From Bugula neritina (lineage: Eukaryota; Animalia; Bryozoa): DNA of 64,000 nt. The DNA is taken from NCBI GenBank assembly GCA_964035545.1, contig OZ037771.1, positions 10,978,480-11,042,479 on the forward strand, in the 5' to 3' direction. Every line of letters starts with the position of its first letter. Position 1 is the stretch's first letter. Of this stretch, positions 27,449 through 64,000 are shown piece after piece. A program made the position numbers and the translations under genes. The notes beneath the pieces were generated by a model. That model did no database searches. It was given only the letters and a program-made list of their open reading frames with translations, and had not been told where the DNA came from.

Positions 27449-27589
27449 AGTAAATTATTGAAACTTAGGGAGATAATCTTATTTTATATATTACGCAGGT
27501 CAAAAATTATACTGATTTTTTTGCATAAAAAATAAATTAGAGTTGACAAAAAAATAAAATAGATATCCAAATATAAAAACAGCAAGAAT

Positions 27590-29014
27590 TAGTGAAACTA
27601 TGTGAGAGTCACAGTCCTGACTTCCACCGATCTGGAAGTACGCCTTTCCTCTGGTCAGAGCAGCCTCAATAGTGTTGACCCCAGCTGCCAAGAGTTATTG
27701 AGCGATTGCAGGAAGGTATCGAATGTGATGGCCTGGCGTGACTCCAGGTCTACGTTACCGTAGGCTACCTGGACTAGCTGCTCCACTTTGTTGGCGTGAT
27801 CCTGTAGTGAAACCCTAGGATCTCGTCGGAGTCCTTGCAGGCGGGCTCTCGCGTCCCGGACGGTAAGTCCGAAGCGGCCGCATAGAGCCTCGGTGATGTG
27901 GTCCCTACTCGGGCCTACCGCATAGGGTTTGGCCCGACCTGTCAGGCAGGACCGTAGTTGCAGTAATTCTACCTGGGCCGGCCACTGGGAGGCCACGGCC
28001 ACTTCGTGGAATTCTTGTAGAAATTGTTCTACATCTCCTTCACCGTCGAAGACTGGCGCTTTAAGGAGAAACCTGTCACCAGGTGGAGCCTGTGCAGCTG
28101 CCCTGTCTTCCCAGAGAGTCCGAATCAGTGTCTCTAGTGTGAAGCGTCCCCCTGCTGGTTCATCATCTGGCCCGAGCTCTAGAGCTGGCCTCAATGGATC
28201 CATTGTTGTCTCTCCCCGTAGGGGAGCATCAGCTTAGTCTGTACCAGACGATAATATCCCACCGCTGCCACCAGTGTAATAATTTTATGCGTGGAATGTT
28301 ATAATTCGCTGCATGTAATTATTGGTGTGGGTTATTAGCTGTTGGAACACAGTGACTCTTTGTCAGAGTATTTAGAACACAGCGACTCTTTGTGGGGGGG
28401 GGGGTATTTATGCACAAATAAATAAGAAGTTTGATACTCACTATCCCTTTATTTCACTCCAAAATACACACATCCAAAAATAGAAAGTTAGGGAGGACAA
28501 CTCTTTACATCGTGTGGAAAACTACTAGTAACTGTTAATCAAGGTATAAGGTAATTAATTAAGTATATAAGTGTCCTGGATTGGTAGCTCCGAGTTGTGT
28601 CTTCTTCTGCTGCTGGCTGTAGACTGAACTCACTGATGTGAGGGCTTCCTTTTATATGTTGGGAAGTAGTTAAACTAGAAGGTTCCATGCGAATTCGAGA
28701 GAGTTCGCTCGAAACGCTCGAATCGCAGGGGATTCGCAGGGTCATAACAAAGGGTTCGCTCGAATCGAGCGAACTTCGAGGAGAAATCCCGGTCATCCTT
28801 ATTATGTAAGTAGTCCTGGGAGTAGCCAGGAACGATAGCTAATCCAGTCAGGGCAATAATAATATGTAGCTGGGAATAATAGCTAATCCCATCATGACCA
28901 TCATGACACTTAGCTGTTAAAGGGACTATGGCTATGTAAATGATATATTTAAGAAAACACGCATTCCATGGGAATGAAGGTAATAATAGTAAGGAAATAC
29001 AAGCAACAGTTACA
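27590..29014 (-). mobile_element. 5' part of a Ty3/Gypsy element (LTR ~28275-29014, tRNA-Leu PBS, gag)
   Basis: 18-nt PBS TGGTGGCAGCGGTGGGAT (28256-28273) is complementary to the tRNA-Leu 3' end; gag follows; truncated at the Penelope fragment. Confidence 0.8.
27655..28203 (-). pseudogene. gag: Gag capsid ORF (182 aa, truncated)
   Basis: APVFDGEGDVEQFL..W..LTGRA..ALCGRFG; homologous to the gag at 23161-24050. Confidence 0.8.
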
Positions 29015-31108
29015 ATATACACAATTTTACCACAGTATCAAGTATTATACTATTTTTTGTTTTAAATTCATCAACTAAATGTTTTGTCAGCTGTGTTAAT
29101 TAATGTTAGGTTAACAAAATGTTTTTATGGTTATAGGTTACAGTTTGAGTTTGAGTTCAAGTTCAAGTTTGAATTTGAGTTTTGTGAGAAATATACTGTT
29201 GGCAATGGACAAAAAGTAGAGTTGTGGCTTGCTTCTGTGTCATCTATTTATTCACCCTTCATTAAGTGAATCACAATACATAGGCATCTGTGCCAAACAG
29301 CACCTGTGCTGACACAACAACTGAGCGCTCGAGGCTATAAAGTTGCCTTTTACCAATGAGTGTGACTGGCAGAATACATATAATTCATTATCAAACAACA
29401 AGTATTAAATGTTAATAGCTATTCGATCAAGATGAAAAAGTTTCCATTATGTGCGTTTGAAGCAGTATTTCCTTTAACTATCTACTGGAAATGAGCCATC
29501 AGCTAATCAAAACAGGTTAAACTTTATTTTATACTAAGATAATGACAACCTAATTAATAGAATTGGTAAAAAAGCAACTTTTTAAAACGGGGAGCTAACT
29601 CTGACTTTGTTTTGTTTTAATGTTTAGGGTTGTGAAAATATTTTGTTGGTCAGAATAAACTAGAAACTGGTGTGACTTATAAAAACACTGTAGAGTGTCT
29701 ACAGGCTAAAAATTACCATTCTAGATGGTACAGCAAAATTTGGTTGCTTAGAGAATATCAGGTACATCCGAAAAAACACAACATCACGCAATAGGCTCCG
29801 CCCACCTATCAGTATAGTATGTTGGCTTTGCAGTGATATATAGCAACAAGGGTTAGTTTTCATGTGCTCCACCCGCCCATTTTTGCATGTTGGCCCAGGC
29901 CACTATATAAACCTGTCACGAATGACTCTACTAAACAGTAAATTACACACTGTTTACATATAATGTAACATTCACACGCACATCAAGTTTTGTTTGTACT
30001 TTTCAAACAAACAAATTGACAGCAGAAACATTAACATAAAAGTTAGCTGCTATAGTGACATTGCATAATGTAAAAATATGTCATGCCAAATGAAGTAGCT
30101 ACTATACTGTGTTTGCAGGCAATAAAGTGCAACTATGAAGATCAGTAGGGATATATGTCAAAATGTCAAATTTATACATGACTTTGTTAATTTCCTTGCA
30201 AGACACTAGATGGCATGAGCAGCTGAGGTGAACCAATTCAGAAAACTATTCCTTGAAACATTTATTTATGAGAAATAATAAACAAGCCTTGTATAAGTTT
30301 GGCCAGTTATGGAGCTATTTTAGGTGTAGTTATGCTAAATACCCATTTGCAGCTGCACTTGCTATGTGGACTTAGTATTTTGGAATAGTTTGACAGCTTA
30401 AACTATAAACATTTTATAAGATATATATATATACATATACCTGTCATAGAGATAGCTTTTTTCACAGTTGATTGAGGAAAAGTTTATTTCTGTTAACAAA
30501 AAGGAAACATCATTAAGATAACATCTTAGTTTTTGCATGTTGAGGAAGTTTCATAGGAACCATCCTAATATTATATTTGTTGCTTTTAGCAAACCGCCAT
30601 CATTGACTGTTGTATCAAACAACAAACGGTATTTTCAAAACAGTAGACAAGTAGCTTTTAACTTGCTGTAGCATATAAGACACTTAGTACAAAAGTATAA
30701 TTACCAATGAACACTCAATTCAATTAAATGTTCATTTATGTATCCCATATTGGATCTGCTACCAGGTTTCGCTGAACCAGTCGACACAAGTTTTCAGAAA
30801 ATCTAAACATATGACCGCTACAAATCTATTTTAGCAAAAAAGTAGTAAATAACTAATAACTCTTTAGAAAGTTTTACATTCATTTGACAATTTATTCATG
30901 TCATATGCAAAACATAAGTATATATATGGATGATTTTCTCTACGTAATGTACACACTTGTTGAATATTAAATAATTGAATGTTTTTATGTATATCAAATT
31001 CGTTAACGTTGATGTTTGTAGACTAGTGATAATGTCTTCTTTCTCACATCTTATAATAGATTTCCTTTAACCTGAGTTCATACTCAACCCTTTATCACAT
31101 AGTCTTAT

Positions 31109-31214
31109 CTGATTGGTTTGACTGTATACATGCTACTATATAAAAATACAGGCATCCTGTTGAGCATTTAGTTTAAGCTTACAACTACATCAGTGCAAGA
31201 TTACAAAGGTAAGA
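31109..31214 (+). promoter_or_regulatory. Candidate core promoter and non-coding first exon of SAMHD1-B
   Basis: Reverse CCAAT (gattgg, 31111), TATATAAAA (31137), Inr-like ttagtt about 30 nt downstream, then a strong donor aag|gtaaga at 31208/31209. Confidence 0.4.
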
Positions 31215-32550
31215 TTGTCTACTGCTACTACGTAACTAAAAATCTTGTGTGATAATAATGCTACACCAGCAATAATGTTTACTATACTAATTTGTTATTT
31301 TCTAGTTCATGACACTTCTTATAACATTTACACTAAGTCTTTGCACTATGTATATAAGTCAGATCAAATCATTTCAGCATATATGTTGATAATATGCAAA
31401 GTAATTATATAGCATTAGCATGTGGTTCTAGTTAACTTTTGTGTGAAATTTGTGCATTCTTATCAGACAAGAAGAATTGCAGAAGTAGCTATTTAGTTAT
31501 AAAATAATATACATGTAACTGTCTATCATAAAACTGAATTTGCACAAATTTCTGATGGTGATTGCTTTTATGCAACTTCTCTTTGAAAGCAATTTTTTAT
31601 TTTTTAACCAACATATGCAAAAATTGAGCTTTGTTTAATAACTGTCACAGCTTAACTTAAATTTTTTTTTGTGATAATGTAAAGCAAAACCACAAGAAAA
31701 TTCACCAATATTAACTAGAGAAAAAGTTGGAATTTTGCTTAATCTATTAAAAATAAGAAAATAAAGAGTTAAGTTTTTTTTGACAACAATTCAATGCCTT
31801 ACTGCAACATATATTAAACGTATACTATATCAGTCAAAACCAAACCTATATAATTATGAATTTTAGTGCAATGACCGCATAATATGATGTACAGAGTTTT
31901 TTTCTCAATTTTATAATTTGAAGATGCTGTTACTTTTTCAATTGAACTATGCTTTCAAGACAGCTTGATAACTTCAAACAAATAGCATATGATGACATTC
32001 AATTAATAACATACATTATTTACATGAAGTCTTATTTGACCATTTATAACCACATTTTGTTGTTACATCACCGCATTTTTATATTTCATCTAAGAGCTCA
32101 ACCTAATACATAAGAAAATTTTGCGATATAAGACATGCACTGTTAGATATCATTGGATTCTTTACATTAGGCTGAATGTATTGCAATGAAACACTGTTGA
32201 GCTAAAACTTTAAAAAGATCAAAACAAAACTATACGTTCTTTGTAAAAAAAATTGGGAATATTTCATGCTATACTATAATATAGAATGATATAGTGCAGC
32301 TTTGTGTTTTTTATTATATAGGATTGTGTGACATGCTATATTACAGTTTTCAAACTTGTAATACAGTGTAGTATATTATGTAGTGCAGTTTGGTATAGTA
32401 TGATAACTAATAAGTAGAATAATTTTTTAGTATTTTTAATAGTAGTTAATGATTTATAGCTTTTACTTTGATAAACATGGAAGACCGAAATAAGCTACTT
32501 TGTTTTTAGAAAATATTCATGTTCTAGTTTCAATAGCCCCTGCAGTGTGC

Positions 32551-33270
32551 CTAATAAAAATATTTAGTTAATGCATGAGATTAGTAAAACATAATGAAAT
32601 CACCAGTTAGTAATTAAAAAGCAATTCTATGACTTCGTTGACTCTAGAATAGCTGTTATCTTGCCTCAATACAAGCATAGATCTTATGTAACCATGAGCT
32701 ACCAAAACGATTAACTATTTTGCATTTCCCACTGTCTGTTCAGATCAAAAGATTAAAAAAATAAGCTTGATGAATCTGTCAGACAACTAGCTTTTGACCA
32801 TGAAATTCAATCACCACCATAAAAGTTAATTTAATAATGTCTACAAATTACACCCTGACGGTTAAATCAAAGCTAAAAATCAGCTACATGCTGCAATAAT
32901 TTGCCAAAATATCTTTTTCATTTCCATAGTGTGTCTTTTTAACTTTGAGTAGAACATTTCTTAAATTCATGTTTTTCTTTGAGTAAAAAGTCACTGAGAC
33001 AAGGTACTTTATTTAGAAAACAAAAGCAGTATACACACATTCCAGTTAAACTATTTTTAGTATGGCTAATAAAAAGATTTAGTTAATGCATGAGAATAGT
33101 ATAACATAACTGAGATCACCAGTTAGTAATTAAAAAGCAACTCTATGACTTCATTAATTCTGGATTAGCTGTTACTTTGCCTCAATGCAAGAATAAATCT
33201 TATGTAACTGAGCAGCTAAAAAGCTTAACTATTTTGCATTCTCTAATGTCTGTTTAAGTGAATAGATTAG
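32551..33270. repeat. ~200-bp direct duplication (about 32551-32755 vs 33066-33270)
   Basis: atttagttaatgcatgaga..atcaccagttagtaattaaaaagcaa..tcttatgtaac in both copies. Confidence 0.8.
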
Positions 33271-34967
33271 GTATAAAATTTAATATACTAAGAACTAATG
33301 ATTTATCAAACTTTTAAGGCCAAGATTATTGTGAAAATAAATATAGGATGTAAGAAATGATTAATTTTTATTAGACTACACTCTATGAGTTTAATCAAAG
33401 ATAGAAAGCAGCTAGCTACATACTGCAATAGCAACATGTCATTCTGTTGCCTCATTTTCATCTTCTCTTTCAAACTATGCTGATTAAGAATTTTGGGAAA
33501 CTATTTTTCAGTTAAAATAGAAAAGCCTGAAAAATTAGAGTAGGAGTCCGGGGTGCATGGGTCATATAGGGGTACAAAAGACAGGTCAAATTGTAAAAGA
33601 ACTGATTGACTTTAATAAAAAAGAGATAACATAATTATTCAGCCATTGTCTTTTTAACACTTGCAGAACCTTGAACAAAACTGTTTTTATCTACCATTTG
33701 TAACTTATTTTTAGATGTCATTCAAGCTTTATTTTGACATAGTATGTACTATGTACTATGTACTATTTACTATGTAAATAGCACCATGTGATGAAATATA
33801 TCTTAAGATAATAGTATAATATAGTTTATCAAGGTTGATGTTATGTTTACATATATAGCGCTATATTTTCAAATACATTCTTAAGTGTGTGAATTGGTCA
33901 ACTACTATTGCCTTACATTTGTTAGAGTGTTGTTGATGCTTCAGCTATTACAAAACTTCCCCTATCTCTTATTTATCAACAACACAAGATAATGGTTATC
34001 CTTTGTTTGTTCTTCATCTGTTACTATCACTGTGAGGCAGCTGATACAACTTGTCAAGCTAGTTTTAAACTGTCACTAATAATTTTTTTGAGTGTGTTGA
34101 TGTTCATAGGTCATCACAAAAAGTCTTATCTAATACTTGAGTTATCAACAGTCATGCAGCAGTTAGAGATAATGTTTATCTGTTATGATGTTCTATATAA
34201 GTTACTATTGCTATCATATGAGGAAGCTGATGAAGGTGTTAAACATGCTATTGTAACACTGCTATAGGAGGAAATGCTAGAAGGAAATGCTAAATCGAAT
34301 ATGTATGCTACGTATATGTATATGTTTTATTCAGTCTATGTTAGAATTTAAAAAGCTGCTCTAACAAAACTTAAACACATGCTATTTTCTAACCATCATT
34401 TTTATAAATGTACTCTTAAGAGTATCAAGTCTCATAAAAGTATATATATTATATACAATCTGCTATATTACTTGTAATATTTTTTATGATTATAGCTGTT
34501 TTACTTAGTTTTACGTTTGCACTGCACAGCAAACCCATAACTTATATTTTTAATAAAATAATGAGATCCTATGCTGTAAATAATATAAATGCGTATATAA
34601 AACATAATATACTCATCTTATTTTAGGTGATGCTATAATAGGTCTAAAAATATTAAAGTACCTATAGTACTACTTGTGTTACACAGTTGACAGATGTAGA
34701 CTGTGATGATATAGATGGACACATAGTTAAACACTATAATAAAAACTATTTGAACATTTTGGTTACAAATATTAAAGAAGGAGTAGATAAAAATTTGTTT
34801 GCCCAACGTCATGCACATAAGTTTGGTAGCCCTCAAACTTGTATATTTTACTGACTTGAGTCGTGTCACCAGTATTTTAGTAGTTTTATAAAATTATAGT
34901 ATTTCTATTTTTGCGATGGAATGGTTTAACATTGATTGTATTTATTCTTCAATAAAGTCGGTTCAGC

Positions 34968-63551
<28,584 letters not shown>

Positions 63552-64000
63552 GTTAATATATTGTTAAATATTAAAAATATTGATGGAAAAGTGAACATAT
63601 AGATAATTAAGCCTGTGCATATATTTCTGTATTGTCTAATTAACACTAATTTAAAGCTAGAGCTCTCAAGCTAATAGAAACAGTTATAAATTTCTAATGT
63701 AAGTTTTTCAAATCAATGTAATTAAAATATAGCTTCTTAAGTAAATAATAAATTTTTGTTTTTAAGCAAAACAACACTTTTAAACAAACAATCGCTGTTT
63801 CTTGCTTATGATACGTATTAAACTCTATGCAAACATAATCATCGCCATTACTGTATTGAGCTATAAATAAAATTATGATATTTGAAATGAATAAGCAATC
63901 ATTGACAATAAATTTATTTTAGACATTGTTTAAATACAGTCAAGTATTTCTGCTGAGCTTCATGTTTATTGCGATAAAAGAATAAAATTTTTTATAATCT

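Larger units (their letters stand above)
26961..27577 (+). mobile_element. Penelope-like element 3' end with pLTR and inverted partial pLTR
   Basis: MYIKQIKPQLNKQ (26961-26999) resembles the GIY-YIG C-terminal I....P.LN motif; hammerhead at 27285; (TA)n; 27081-27181 is repeated inverted at 27471-27577. Confidence 0.65.

Noticed and set aside
28256-28273. tRNA-Leu gene
   Set aside because: Only the 3' 18 nt including CCA match, adjacent to an LTR; it is a primer-binding site.
63552-64000. Next SAMHD1-B exon
   Set aside because: The candidate acceptors I tested (63766, 63922, 63939) hit in-frame stops in the required phase; the exon probably lies beyond the window.

Overview
AT-rich, intron-rich eukaryotic DNA, most likely from an invertebrate animal (inferred from GT-AG introns and the repeat families; species not determinable here). 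It carries two tandem + strand SAMHD1-like HD-domain dNTPase paralogs. Paralog A has 10 visible exons (973-12916), its 5' end is not found in the window, and its catalytic residues are canonical. Paralog B has 9 visible coding exons (34968-63551), runs off the 3' end, lacks a SAM domain, and has Asn at the positions of human D137 and H215, so it is a candidate pseudo-enzyme or neofunctionalised copy. The rest is mostly transposable elements: a full-length but disabled Ty3/Gypsy-like LTR element (15674-20951, GATTG target-site duplication (TSD), putative -1 frameshift signal), several decayed Gypsy relics, MITEs and SINE-like fragments. An 18.3 kb EnSpm/CACTA-like DNA transposon (38006-56260, AT TSD) sits exactly in the RT YVDD motif of an older antisense Gypsy, inside an intron of B that is 22.7 kb versus 77 bp in A. 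The most unexpected non-coding signal is a family of type I hammerhead ribozyme motifs next to (TA)n microsatellites: a ~272-nt retrozyme/Penelope-like unit, one sense-strand copy in an intron of A, and a separate Penelope 3' end with a minimal hammerhead. Human residue numbers come from by-eye alignment to the human SAMHD1 sequence as recalled and should be verified.
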